A DNA stretch of 64,000 bases from Octopus vulgaris (taxonomy: Eukaryota). This document shows, piece by piece, positions 16,972-29,203 of the stretch. The stretch's first letter is position 1. Every line of letters begins with the position of its first letter. The DNA lies in the NCBI GenBank assembly GCA_951406725.2, contig OX597816.1:34782001-34846000 (forward strand), given 5' to 3'. A program made the position numbers and the translations under genes. The notes below the pieces were generated by a model. That model had not been told where the DNA came from and did no database searches. It saw only the letters and a list, made by a program, of their open reading frames with translations.

Positions 16972-17477
16972 AACGAGCAAAACGCCCCCCGTCCAATGGA
17001 CGGTGCTGGGTCGTCAAACATTTAAACCAAATTTTCTCAAAACGACTTGTCCATCCGTCCGTCCGTTCAATAGGCCTCCCCTTTGAGAAACACTGATTTA
17101 ACCTAAAATTGAGACACCAACAAAAGAAGAAATATATCTTTTTTGCATATTACTTTTTTGGACTCTTAAATATATTGCATTTTGTGGCATTATTTCAAGC
17201 CAGCCGGTTTTTCTTGCGCAAACTGCACGTACATTTTTCTCGCGTGCGTGTAGTATCGATCGCAAGAGCTGATGTACTTGCGCGTACAAATGCACATTTT
17301 CACGGCTTTATCGATCGCATTCTCATCTGGAATCGCTTTTTGTAATTTTTTCAAGACTTATACACGCCCTGATACCGTCGATATCTACATATCAAATTTG
17401 AGCGCAATCAGATGGAGGATGCCCGATATCCTAGAAGACACACACACACACAGACAGAACGGATTTTATATAATAGA
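16972..17477 (-). mobile_element. Non-autonomous Helitron-like element
   Basis: Minus strand begins TCTATTATATAAAA...ctgtctgtgtgtg; subterminal hairpin ccgtccaatggacgg near the other end; terminal CTAG degenerate. Confidence 0.6.
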
Positions 17478-18384
17478 AAAGGTACATAATGAATGAGGGC
17501 TGCAAGTGCGCTTTAGATGCAGGTGTTTGTTGATAGCTACCAGAATAATGAATCCATTTATTGTAACGATTAGGATGTAATATTTAAAATTGTAACTTTA
17601 ATAAGAAGTACGAATATGCTTAAATGCGAGTATAGAAGTAAACATATGGATATTAACGTTTGTACAATTGAGAATATCGATTATTGGTTTCTATAATGAA
17701 ATATGTGTTTGCTTGAAAATGATATTTAATTAAATTGTTGTACTGAAAATATGAGCTAAATGTAGAGTGAAATAAAGAATTATAGAAAACTAAGGGGAAT
17801 AAATAAGGATTTCTTAGACCGATATAGAAAGATAATTGTAGAATAAGACGGTGAATGATAGAGGTCTTCTACTGAATAAATTAAATTAAGTTAGATTAAA
17901 TTAAATAAGGATATAATGCCCCTATAGTTTATGTTGGTAGGAATTATTGTAGCGATTCGAAAATATAAGTACCATTAAAGTATGACGATCGATCTAACCG
18001 ACTAGCACTTTCTCACAAAATTTCAAACTTTGTACTTATTGTAGAAAGGATTATTTTGTTGTTGTTTTTTTCTCTTTTTTTTTTATTTGATTTCCATTTT
18101 ATTTCATTTTCCGGCCGGGTCTCAATCAGAGACGTAAGGCATTTATATATTAGAGAGAAAGAAACTCCCTGAGAAGGTGAGCGGTTGGTGTCATCACAAC
18201 TTTTTGAACTTTGGAAATTGTTGGTTACACTGGGATCTGTTAAAAAAAAAAAAAAAAGGATTTAGCGCTATCTTTCTGGATCCCTTTCAGAGCATCCACA
18301 ACAATAGGGATGATGGTGGTTTTTACTTGTTACGTCCTAGATATCTCAAACTCTAGAATCTTTTATTTCGATAGTTTCTCTTTG

Positions 18385-18597
18385 CATCCCTTCGCATCCC
18401 CTCCCCCACAGCCCGGTTCCAAGCCTCAACCTCCTCTTTCCCTCCCCCAAGTCAGACACCATTGCACGGTTGCTTGGTCACCTGGCTTCCTGATTGCCTG
18501 GCTGCCGGGTTTCCTAGTCGCCTGGTTGCTTAGTCGCCCGGTTGCCTAGTCGCCAGGTTGCCAAGTCGCCAGGTTTCCTGGTTTCCTAGTCGCCTGG
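18385..18597. repeat. 8-bp-period minisatellite (GGTTGCCT/AGTCGCCT variants) with unique leader, duplicated at ~19830-20050
   Basis: cccttcgcatcccctccccc...aagtcagacaccattgca followed by ggttgcttggtcacctggcttcctgattgcct occurs at both sites. Confidence 0.85.
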
Positions 18598-18633
18598 TAA
18601 TTCTACCATTAAATAACTTGATATCAGGATGGT

Positions 18634-18635
<2 letters not shown>

Positions 18636-18730
<95 letters not shown>
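18636..18730. repeat. (CT)n microsatellite
   Basis: Direct reading. Confidence 0.95.
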
Positions 18731-18800
18731 AGTGACTGACTGTGGATGGTATTCATACCAGTTCTTAGGGTGCGGGATATCATAGTGACGGTATATGCCA
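18731..18800 (-). mobile_element. Small R4/Dong-type non-LTR fragment
   Basis: IYRHYDIPHPKNWYEYHPQSVTE matches the WYEH.P..V.E segment preceding the RLE domain (cf. ~53995-54035). Confidence 0.55.
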
Positions 18801-18943
18801 TCAAAGTAACACTGGTAAAATATACGAAGTGCCCCATAAACATCAGAACTACCCGTCTGATAAGGGTATGCGAGGCACATGCATCACAACCATATATGCG
18901 TGATATGGTGATTTCATATCTAGATAAACAGCACATGACTTCG

Positions 18944-19056
18944 CAGGCGTCTTGGGGAAATTTCGTCCTATGGCGTGGTGCTTAAGAGCGCGGGATACTA
19001 ATCCCAAGATTCCGAGATCGATTCCAGACAGTGACTTTAATAATAATAATAATAAT
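18944..19056 (+). mobile_element. Truncated copy of the HHR/tRNA-head composite element
   Basis: caggcgtcttggggaaatttcg-tcctatggcgtggtgcttaagagcgcggg...gagatcgattccagacagtgac-(taa)n matches the 29k and 36k copies in reverse. Confidence 0.85.
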
Positions 19057-19058
19057 GA

Positions 19059-19089
<31 letters not shown>

Positions 19090-19490
19090 AACAACAACAA
19101 CAACAACAACAACAGCAATAATAAGAATAATAATAAGAAGAACAACAACAACAACAATAACATCATAGTCATTATCATCGCTATAATCATCACCAAAACC
19201 ACCGCCATCACCCTACCCAATGATCACCACCAACATCATTGCCATCACTACCATCACTACCATCACTACCATCACGACGAACATCACTGTCATCACCACC
19301 ACCACCTTCAACACCACCATTACCACCACCACCATCACCACTACCACCATCACCAGCACCACCGTCACCACCTTCACTACCACCACCACCATCACCGCCA
19401 TCACCGCCACCACCACCATCACCACCACCATCACCACCACCATCACCACCACCATCACCACCACCACCACCACCATCACCGCCACTACCA
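19038..19490. repeat. Compound (AAT)/(AAG)/(AAC)/(CAC/CAT) microsatellite
   Basis: Direct reading. Confidence 0.95.
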
Positions 19491-19747
19491 TGAACATCTT
19501 CATTCTCAACATCCTGAAAAACCTCGACAAGTCAATCGTAAAGAAACTATAAAATAACAAGGAAAAAAATATAATAAACTTTCAAAATATTTTGGAATTT
19601 TGAAAATTAAACTCCTTTTTTGTGTACATTCCGCCACGTTCACTCACCTCCTCTTCCTGACCCCTACTCCCCATATCCACACACACACACACATTCACAG
19701 ACACATAACACCAAAACCCACATACACACACACACACATACACACAC

Positions 19748-19784
<37 letters not shown>

Positions 19785-19829
19785 ACTCATTTCCAAACAA
19801 CGACATTCTTCCGCTCTCAACACTCACCT

Positions 19830-20823
19830 CCCCTTCGCATCCCCTCCCCACAGTCCGGTTCCAAGCCTCAACCCCCTCTTTCCCTCCGCCAAGTCAGACA
19901 CCATTGCATAGTCGCCCGGTTGCTTGGTCACCTGGCTTCCTGATTGCCTGGCCGCCAGGTTTCCTAGTCGCCTGGTTGCTTAGTCGCCCGGTTGCCTGGT
20001 CGCCAGGTTGCCAAGTGGCCAGGTTTCCTGGTTTCCTAGTCGCCTGGTTGCCTAGTCACTCGGTTGCTTGGTCACCTGGATTCCTTATTGCTTGGTCGCC
20101 ATTCTTCCGCTCTCCCCACCCACCTCCCCTTCGCATCCTGGTTCGCAGCCTCTTTCCCTCACCCAAGTCAGACACTCATTCGCTACTCCTTGTTATACTC
20201 TTTCCCTCACCCAAGTCAGACACTCATTCGCTACTCCTTGTTATACTTCTCCTTCCTCCCCTCCACTCACACTTACTCTCCCTTCCCCACTTCCACTCAC
20301 CTCTCTTCTGCTTTCTTTCTTGCTTTCCGTTTCTCTGCCTCGGTCTTATCTCATTCACAATGGATGCAAAGATGCTTGGATGGTTGGTATGGTATGACGG
20401 CGGGATGGTTAGCTTCTTTAGATGCGTGATTGGTCAGAAGGTTCATAATTTGGATGGTTGGATGATTGGATGGTTGCGTGGTGCGGTGGTTGACTGGTTG
20501 ACGATTGTTTTCCTAGTCGCATGGTTGCTTTGTCGACCGGTTGCTTCGTCACCAGGTTGCCAAGTCGCCTGTATCCCTAGTCGCCTGGTTTTCTAATTGC
20601 CCAGTCGCCTGGTTGCTTAGTCGCCCGGTTGCTTGGTCACCTGGATTCCTGATTGCCTGGTCGCCAGGTTTCCTAGTCGCCTAATTGCTTAGTCGCCCGG
20701 TTGCTTGGTCACCTGCATTCCTGATTGCCTGGTCGCCAGGTTGCCAAGTCACCTGGTTCCCTAGTCGCCTGGTTCTCTAGTTGCCTAGTTGCCTGGCTGC
20801 TTAGTCACCCGGTTTTTTGGTCA
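19830..20823. repeat. 8-bp-period minisatellite blocks with interspersed short duplications
   Basis: Repeated ggttgctt/agtcgcct/ggtcacct units; direct repeat tctttccctcacccaagtcagacactcattcgctactccttgttatact x2 at ~20151-20248. Confidence 0.85.
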
Positions 20824-21383
20824 CCACGTAAGAAATAATAACGTTAAATCTAGAAACACCAGTTTATGCATTTGTAAACAAGGGTCGTAACTTCATAATA
20901 ATATAAGAGTTACTTCCCCTAGATTATAAACACTTAGGTAACTTTAATGGCGTTTCATGTTGGAAAACTTTCAAACACAAGATTATGAACTGTCACTAGA
21001 CAACTCTTAACATTTCTCTGAGCAAGATTACCGGAAATTGATATATGTACTTCACCACTTTCATAGAATAACTGGCGAGCATTATCAGAACCGTAATAAT
21101 TATACACTTACAATGAGTTATGTTATTGGGTAACAACGAACAGTTCATCTGTTAAGTCTCTTCCTATCTATTTCATTTCGTATTTCGCAATTTTTGCACT
21201 TCTTAATATGTTATATGTAGATGTATGTGTGTTTATTTTTTGATATCGGTATTTAATTATATGCTAATCGAATACATGCAATTTGTGGATTTGCGGATGA
21301 GTTCGTGTGAGTGTATTTGTTTACACGTATGTGTTTCTGTGAGTGTGTATGAGTATGTATGTGTGTGCGTATGTATGTATATA

Positions 21384-21467
<84 letters not shown>

Positions 21468-21502
21468 TGTGTGTGTGTGTATGTGTGTGTGTGTGTGCGT
21501 GC

Positions 21503-21534
<32 letters not shown>

Positions 21535-21574
21535 GTATGTGTGTGTGTGTATACACATACATTCATACTTAGAG

Positions 21575-21717
21575 ACATTTCATCTGCCGCTACGTTCTGA
21601 GTTCAAATTCTGCCGAGGTCGACTTTACCTTTCATCCTTTTGGGGTCGATTATATAAGTACCAATTACGCACTGGGGTTGAAGCAATCGACTTAAACCGT
21701 TTGTATGTCCTTGTTTG
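21575..21717 (+). mobile_element. SINE family B, 5'-truncated
   Basis: catttcatctgccgctacgttctgagttcaaattctgccgaggtcgactttacctttcatcc. Confidence 0.85.
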
Positions 21718-21859
21718 AAGAGGGTGCAGATAGTGCAAATTATTGTTGGGTCCTTGGGGACGAAATCAGAAGGCATCAAGTGGAATATAAAGGGAAACGG
21801 AAAACTGTTACAAAATACATACAAACATACATACATACATACATAAATACATACATACA

Positions 21860-21893
<34 letters not shown>

Positions 21894-21898
21894 CATAC

Positions 21899-21959
<61 letters not shown>

Positions 21960-22139
21960 AATATAAAATATGAATTACAAAGTGGGACAAGAACGCAAAG
22001 ACACACAAGGAGACGACACAAAAAACCGACGGGTCACTCGAAGCCTCTAATCTTCAGTCGGGAACCGGATCATCTTAGTAATTTCGGACATGCATACATA
22101 TTGATGATGATGACGATGATGGCTGCTCCTTTATAACCG

Positions 22140-22275
22140 AGGAAGGTCATTACTGATCATTGTCAATAAAGTAAAAAAGTTGGATAAGTGGGTTGCACAT
22201 GAACTCAATGAAAATCAGAAACAGCAACGTTTGGAAGCCTGGATTATGCTACTTTTACGTCACAAAAATGAATCG
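22140..22275 (+). mobile_element. Mariner transposase fragment
   Basis: KVKKLDKWVAHELNENQK (WVPHEL motif). Confidence 0.65.
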
Positions 22276-22319
22276 TGACCTTTGTTTTTCTGTTATTTTT
22301 TCTACTTTCAATACTCACT

Positions 22320-22720
22320 CATTTCTCACGGATACTAACAAGTCCTTACTTTTGGACAGATATCTCATTAAGTTCTTGAGTTCGATACGTACGCATTCTT
22401 CCACACTTCTCAGTTCACTCCCTCCATTTGCTCTCTTCATGTATAGGCGATCAGTGACTGCATGTGGCTGATAGACTCCATGCAACGTTAGGAGCTTTCA
22501 TGCCTTTTTGTGAAACTCCTTTAGCTCCACCTACACTTCAGGATTCCAGCTCCATACCGAACTACTTCGACTGCGCTCGAGTTTATTGCTGAAATTATAT
22601 TTCTGGCATTCGGCTTTGAAGCCGATATTATTCTCACTCACCGCAGGTTCACTTTCTTTCGCTTTCCTTTCATATCATTGTGCCTAATTCTAAAGCTAGC
22701 TTTGATATTCCGCTATTCCC
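22320..22720 (-). mobile_element. R4/Dong-type non-LTR RT C-terminal fragment
   Basis: NARNIISAINSSAVEVVRYGAGIL...DRLYMKRANGG..L.SVEECV. Confidence 0.7.
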
Positions 22721-23640
22721 AGTCATAAGTTTTACTAGCTCATATATTATTCTGAAAGGACAGCAAACTGAAAAAAAATACTTATAGTCATTATCTGAGG
22801 TGTGTTCGTGGTAAATGGTATTACGTTCCTGGTAATACATTTGTATTGTGGTGCACTGTAGTGAAATATGACTCCCGAGTTATTTTAAATTAGAGGTAAG
22901 TGCTACTCGCTTAATGTATGACAGAAAAAAAAATCCAAATTTCGATGACCCTCGATGTTTCTAGCTGAACAGCATAAATGAAAACTCATTGCTTCACTCG
23001 GTGGAATTTTTATGTTTAGAGAACATATCAAATATTTTGGTGTTCAAATATTTCATGAACCCCTCCCGAAAATCAGTCTCCCTTTACTGTAAAGCAGTGA
23101 GAAATTTTTATTTCCCACAGGTATACAAACGTTTTATTTACTACAAATGTAAGTTTTGTAAAACACTTATAACCTGTATATAGACTGAGAATGTAAGCAT
23201 TTCTCCGAATATTTGCCGCACGCACCTACATCGACGAATTGTACTTGGTATAGACTACACTTATTTTCATATTTGTTAATTAGTTATAGGAAATCTCCTC
23301 TATAACTTCAAATAAATGCTGTCATATCACGCAGTCTAAAAGCATATTTTTAAAACATTCTGTGGCTCATTAATGCAAGACTTACATCTTTACGATGCTG
23401 TCCAAAGCAATGACTGATGTGCATGCTTCAAGCATCATATGTTATGATTTAGGGGAAAAACAAGGGTGAGATAATATTTGCCATCTCCTTTTACGACCTT
23501 TGTGTTTTGACTTCATTTCAAAATCTTTTCCGGTATATTTTAGGGATATTCATTTAAGAATCCTCATCTTCAATGATTATATTGAAACGATCACATTTGA
23601 AGAAATTAAAGCTTTTGATGCACTAGTTATTTTCCGGCTT

Positions 23641-24022
23641 TGTGGAGGCGCAATGGCCCAGTGGTTAGGGCAGCGGACTCGCGGTCCTTGGATCGCGGTT
23701 TCGATTCCCAGACCGGGCGTTGTGAGTGTTTATTGAGCGAAAACACCTAAAGCTCCACGAGGCTCCGGCAGGGATGGTGGTGATCCCTGCTGTACTCTTT
23801 CACCACAACTTTCTCTCACTCTTACTTCCTGTTTCTGTTGTTCCTGTATTTCAAAGGGCCGGCCTTATCACTCTCTGTGTCACGCTGAATATCCCCGAGA
23901 ACTACGTTAAGGGTGCCCGTGTCTGTGGAGTGCTCAGCCACTTACACGTTAATTTCACGAGCAGGCTGTTCCGTTGATCGGATCAACCGGAACCCTCGTC
24001 GTCGTAACCGACGGAGTGCTTC
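23641..24022 (+). mobile_element. SINE family C, full length, distinct 3' tail
   Basis: tggaggcgcaatggcccagtggttagggcagcggactcgcgg...gtttcgattcccagaccggg. Confidence 0.88.
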
Positions 24023-24044
24023 CAATTTTCCGACTTTATTTTAT

Positions 24045-24382
24045 AGGGTAAAGACGCCTTCGATCCTGAATGACGATGGGATTGCACGTAGGGACTCCCC
24101 CTCCAAGGCATAAGTCCATGCAAGGATGCTTATGGAAGACTATAGCAGTCGTCCATGAATACCAGTCTGCTCTCACAACGCCAGTGATGATATCCAAAGG
24201 AAAAGCAAAGAACTATACAGCTTCACACTAGTGACGACTCATCTGATTTTTACACTTAGGTGAAGTGGAGCAACCTGAAATTAAGTGTCTTGCTCAAGAA
24301 CACAATACACATCGAGGTCCGGAAATCGCACTCACTACCTCCTTATTGTGATTCCGACGCTCCAAACTCTGCACTATGCGCC
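24045..24382 (-). mobile_element. Old CORE-type SINE
   Basis: Minus strand has a decayed tRNA head followed by the CORE-like ttgtgttcttgagcaagacactt. Confidence 0.6.
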
Positions 24383-25044
24383 TTATGTAGGAATTTAGGA
24401 ATGTCTGTATTATATAGCTTGCTAATTGTGTAGTAGCAAGCGTTGTTATTAGCATGCAGAAATGCCAAAGAGATAACACAGGGCGTCTTGCTTGATACTA
24501 TGCTAGTAGTACTACATTTAATACTCACTGTGGAATGATATTTCTTATTCACACAGAAAAGAAGGGAGGCAGCCGAGTAAGCTCATGTATCGCAAGGTAG
24601 CGTAACGTTCTAACAGCTCTGCCAAATTCCTTCACCTTAGAAAGAAAAGAATAGCTAGCTGCACTATTAGAAAATAAAGAATAAATTCGATTTGCAAAGA
24701 AATTTCAATCACTTGTTGTTTGGTTGTTTGGTATGTAAACGTGAGATCAAAACCGAGGAAAGGCGATGACTGAAAATTAGATTATACAAATCTGTTTTTT
24801 ATTGTGATAGAAAATGTAATAATATTGAAAAATGAAAATGTGAAAAGAGAAAAATGAGAAAAGAAGAAAGAAAGAAAAAAAGTATTTGTGGAAAGGGAAA
24901 ATGAAAGCGATCTTTTGCTGATCGTCTTATTAATCTATTCAGAGGTAGGAAGCGATTGACTCCGGAAATGAAGTGCAATTTTTTCCTCAAAAATTGTAAA
25001 AATAGCAAAATGCTGGAAATTTATTAAAAGGTAAATTTATGTAT

Positions 25045-25079
<35 letters not shown>

Positions 25080-25915
25080 TCTATTTTTCACAATAATCTA
25101 AACACTCTGCAATTCCAGAGTTACATGTTTATTAATTACAAAGCTGTACCGAAAGATTTGTATTCCTTTCTAATTTACGGTAAATCTTGTGTTTTAGGAT
25201 CATGGTACACTCGATTAATTCACTTATATTTCCTTAAAATTTAAAATATACATATTAAGTGACTGAAAGGTAAATATACTATTGTGGGTTGAACTAATAA
25301 ATAAAATGGTCCAACAGAAAAGAAAAAACAGCTTTTGTCTTATTTTGTGGTTATTTACGTAAAAATTAAACTGTCATCGAAATCATGGAAGCCTTGCCAT
25401 CGCAGGTTCTTTTCTATGTCTCAGATACCAAATCGAATGAGAAAATAGTAGAACTAGAGTAAGATTTCGTTGTTATTTCTAGCAATTCATGACGGTGTTC
25501 TTTCTCGAAGTTTGCAGTCCTGTAAGTCGTTGTAGTAGTAGTAGTCGTTATAGTTGTTGGTGTTGTTACAACTGTTGTCGACGTTCTTGTTGATTCTGGT
25601 GCTGCTGCTGTTGTTGTTTCTTTGGTCGTTGTGGTGGTGATGTTGATGGCAACAGCGGTAGCGGTGCCGACGTCCTCGACGTCATCAGTGTACGAAAAGT
25701 CGCCTGAAGCGGCGGCTGCAGTATACAGGAGGCGGCTGAAGCTGAAGTGGAAGCTGTGACGGCTGAAGCGGAACCGGTACCGGTGACTGCTGTTGTAGTG
25801 ATGGTGTTGGTGATGTTGGTGGTGGGTGCGGCGGCGTAGGTTGTGGTGGTGTTGGTGGTGCTTTAACAATGAGCACTGCCATTTCCCAAGAGAACTATTA
25901 TCAAACTTATACATA

Positions 25916-26331
25916 GGCGCAGGAGTGGCTGTGTGGTAAGTAGCTTGTTTACCAACCACATGGTTCCGGGTTCAGTCCCACTGCGTGGCACCTTGGGCAA
26001 GTGTCTTCTACTATAGCCTCGGGCCGATTAAATCCTTGTGAGTGGATTTGGTAGACGGAAACTGAAAGAAGCCCGTCGTATATATGTACATATATATATA
26101 TGCGTGCGTGTGTTTGTGTGTCTGTGTTTGTCCCCCTAGCATTGCTTGACAACCGATGCTGGTGTGTTTATGTCCCCATTACTTAGCGGTTCGGCAAAAG
26201 TGACCGATAGAATAAGTACTGGGCTTACAAAAGAATAAGTCCCGGGGTCGATTTGCTCGATTAAAAGGTGGTGCTCCAGCATGGCCGCAGTCAAATGACT
26301 GAAACAAGTAAAAGAGTAAAAGAGTAAGAGT
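25916..26331 (+). mobile_element. SINE family A (tRNA head, CORE-like domain, internal TA/TG tract, (gtaaaaga)n tail)
   Basis: ggcgcaggagtggctgtgtggtaag...ggttcagtccc...accttgggcaagtgtc; near-identical copies at 38364 and 40805. Confidence 0.92.
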
Positions 26332-26511
26332 ATTCAACATTAGCACGTCAATTTTCTCTCTATGGCTTGGATTAGATTACGCACTGTGCGATTCCTTTTC
26401 TAAGACAGTAGAATGAGATATAAAGGACATTTGGTCGCTATGTCTAGAAGGTCAAGCCACCAAGTACGTCCTCTTCATCTTTGCTCCTCTTCACGTAAGA
26501 AATAATAAAAT

Positions 26512-26717
26512 AAGATGCAGCACGGATTTTTGTCATTGAACAGGTCGCGGTTTCATAGCGACGAAAATATTTTCATAAAATTAAACTTAAACGTTGAAAT
26601 GAATCGAACGGCTTTTGTTTGTTTCTTAAATGGCTTACAAACACCTTCCACGCTGCAATTGTTTTCGATCCACCACACGATCTCAGATCAAATCACTTGC
26701 TATGCAAGTACATCTCC
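26512..26717. repeat. Interspersed repeat (possible MITE); related pieces at 28020-28167 (+) and ~62645-62693 (-)
   Basis: gatgcagcacgga..tttgtca...aaatttaaatgttgaagtgaatctaacgg shared; ends agatgc/tacatct. Confidence 0.55.
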
Positions 26718-27084
26718 GTAAAATAATAAAATAGTTCAGCGCTTACGCCACTGGGGACAAGGGTCGTAACTTTGTAAGAATATAATGGAGTTACTTCCCC
26801 TAGTTGAATAGAACTCTGTCAGACACAAGATTATGAACTGTCGCTGTTTCAACAACTGCTATTTCTCAGAACACAATGAGCGGAGAAGTAACAACATATC
26901 TACTTCCTTACCTTTCCCATCTGGAAAGCATTACCTGAACCGTCATAATTATACACTTACAATGAGTTATGTTATTGGGTATCCACATTACCTATCTACC
27001 TCATTTCGTATTTTGCAATTTCTGCAGCTCTTGGTATGTTATAAGTAAATGTATGTGTTTACTTTTTGATATCGATTTCGACTG

Positions 27085-27258
27085 CGGTTACGTTCTGAGT
27101 TCAAATTCCGCCGAGGTCGACTTTTCTTTCCATCATTTCGGGGTCGATTAAATAAGTACCAGTCACACACTGGGGTTCAATGTAATCGACTTAATCCGTG
27201 TGTCTGTCCTTGTTTCTCCCCTCTGTGTTTAGCCCCTTGTGGGTAGTAATGATATAGG
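27085..27258 (+). mobile_element. SINE family B, 5'-truncated
   Basis: tacgttctgagttcaaattccgccgaggtcgac...agccccttgtgggtagtaa; absent from the paralogous site near 21248. Confidence 0.88.
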
Positions 27259-27324
27259 TATTTGATTATATATTAATCGAATACATGCCATTTGCAGATT
27301 GATGAATGGGTTGGTGTTAGTGTA

Positions 27325-27408
<84 letters not shown>

Positions 27409-27412
27409 TATG

Positions 27413-27443
<31 letters not shown>

Positions 27444-27495
27444 TTGTATAGATACCGAAAGAAATATAGATATAAATGTGTACTTATATACATAC

Positions 27496-27544
27496 ATTCC
27501 TGGCTTTCACCCAGGCGGCTCGGGTTCGATTCCCGGAATGGGAA
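27496..27544 (+). pseudogene. 3' two-thirds of tRNA-Glu(TTC), 5' part missing; followed by a SINE-like tail to ~27616
   Basis: ATTCCTGGCTTTCACCCAGGCGGCTCGGGTTCGATTCCCGGAATGGGAA: anticodon stem cctgg/ccagg, loop cTTTCac, T-loop TTCGATT. Confidence 0.8.
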
Positions 27545-27616
27545 CGCATGTTTAGCGATGGTGCCCCAGCATGGCCGCGGCCTTCGGGTTAAAACATTTT
27601 TAAGGATTTAAGGATT

Positions 27617-27647
27617 AATGATGATAACGACGACGACGACGACGACA

Positions 27648-27724
<77 letters not shown>

Positions 27725-27770
27725 GATGATGATTATGATGATGATGATGACGACGACGATGATGATGATG
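27617..27770. repeat. (GAT)n/(GAC)n microsatellite
   Basis: Direct reading. Confidence 0.95.
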
Positions 27771-28391
27771 AAAATAGCTTCCATCACTGAACATTCTCAG
27801 TACAAAATGCCAACAATATCTGTGCATGATTAAGTCCTAAACATTTTTTACAGCCCCTTGCAACCTACGCCATTTAAAGTCAAGCCAGGACAAAATTATG
27901 AGTGCCATTGCATTATGCAAGCTAAGGAATGCAGGGGTGCCACGATTTCACCAGCAGGAAAAATATCTCCAAAATATCTTAAGCTACCCCCAATCCCCAA
28001 TATCTGGGATTTGTATAAGAGATGCAGCACGGAATTTTGTCAGTAAACAAGTCGCGGTCTCAAAGATACGAAAATATTTTGACAAATTAAATTTAAATGT
28101 TGAAGTGAATCTAACGGTTTTTGTGTGTTTTAAAAATGGCTTATAAAAACTTTCCACGCTGCAATTGTGTAAGAGTGTCCTTATCCAAGAAGCTTTAAAA
28201 TTTTTAATGTAAATTCGCAAATAAATAGACAAATGCTGAAAACAAACCCACAGAATTCAATTATTAAAAACTCATACATGAAATGAATAAATAAAACAAA
28301 GTATTAAGTATTTATGGAAATTCGGTTAACTGTGAGGATATCTTTAGCCAAGTCTCTACATGTGTGTACGTGGGTGCACGTATATATATAC

Positions 28392-28432
<41 letters not shown>

Positions 28433-28438
28433 AGCCTT

Positions 28439-28691
28439 TATGGGTACAGGATACCAACAGAACGTCGAACAGAATGAGAAACGAAAACATAAACACAAAA
28501 CCAAGGAAATGGACATTTTTCTTAAACAACAAAAAAATAGAGTACAAGACATACAAAACAAGGAAAATTCCCCTTCTTCAGCCGCCTCTGTTTCATCTAC
28601 TCCACGAAGAAAAATGTCCATTTCCTTGGTTTTGTGTTTATGTTTTCGTTTTTCATTGTGTTCGACGTTTTTTTGGTGTCCTGTAACCATA
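28439..28691. repeat. Inverted repeat (~85-bp arms, ~85-bp spacer) within TA repeats
   Basis: aaaacataaacacaaaaccaaggaaatggacatttttct mirrored by agaaaaatgtccatttccttggttttgtgtttatgtttt. Confidence 0.88.
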
Positions 28692-28863
28692 TATGCATGT
28701 ATATATACATGCAGAGGTAGGTATGTACATATATGTATGTATATATGCATATGTTTTTTTTATTTATTAATTTATTATATGACGGAACGCAAGCATCCAT
28801 TTCTAAGTAAGATTGTTCTTAATATATATATATATATATATATATGTATCTCTTTTTTTTTTT

Positions 28864-28895
<32 letters not shown>

Positions 28896-28898
28896 CAC

Positions 28899-29069
28899 AC
28901 ATTATTTACATTATTTACTTTCTTACATTTGACAGATATTTGTCCTCATCTTGTTTGTTGTAAACGTTTCGGCTGATATACCCTCTAGCCTTCATCAGGA
29001 GTCTTGAAGAAATTTCGAACCTGGGTTCTCATACCTGAAGTATTTTTCGTTGTTGATGATATTGTTATA

Positions 29070-29133
<64 letters not shown>

Positions 29134-29134
29134 C

Positions 29135-29203
<69 letters not shown>

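Larger units (their letters stand above)
20825..25603 (+). repeat. First copy of a local duplication (alignable blocks 20825-21320 and 24813-25603)
   Basis: Blocks recur in the same order and orientation at 26491-27325 and 29398-30147. Confidence 0.75.

Noticed and set aside
19904-20596. 230-aa ORF with VAW(S)PG repeats
   Set aside because: Product of the 8-bp minisatellite
21965-22090. Repeat fragment with CTGAAGA on minus next to TA repeats
   Set aside because: No complete core or stems could be assembled
25414-25959. 181-aa minus ORF and Pro/Gln- or Thr/Ala-rich frames
   Set aside because: Starts inside a SINE and crosses decayed trinucleotide repeats; no recognisable domain, although an exon cannot be fully excluded
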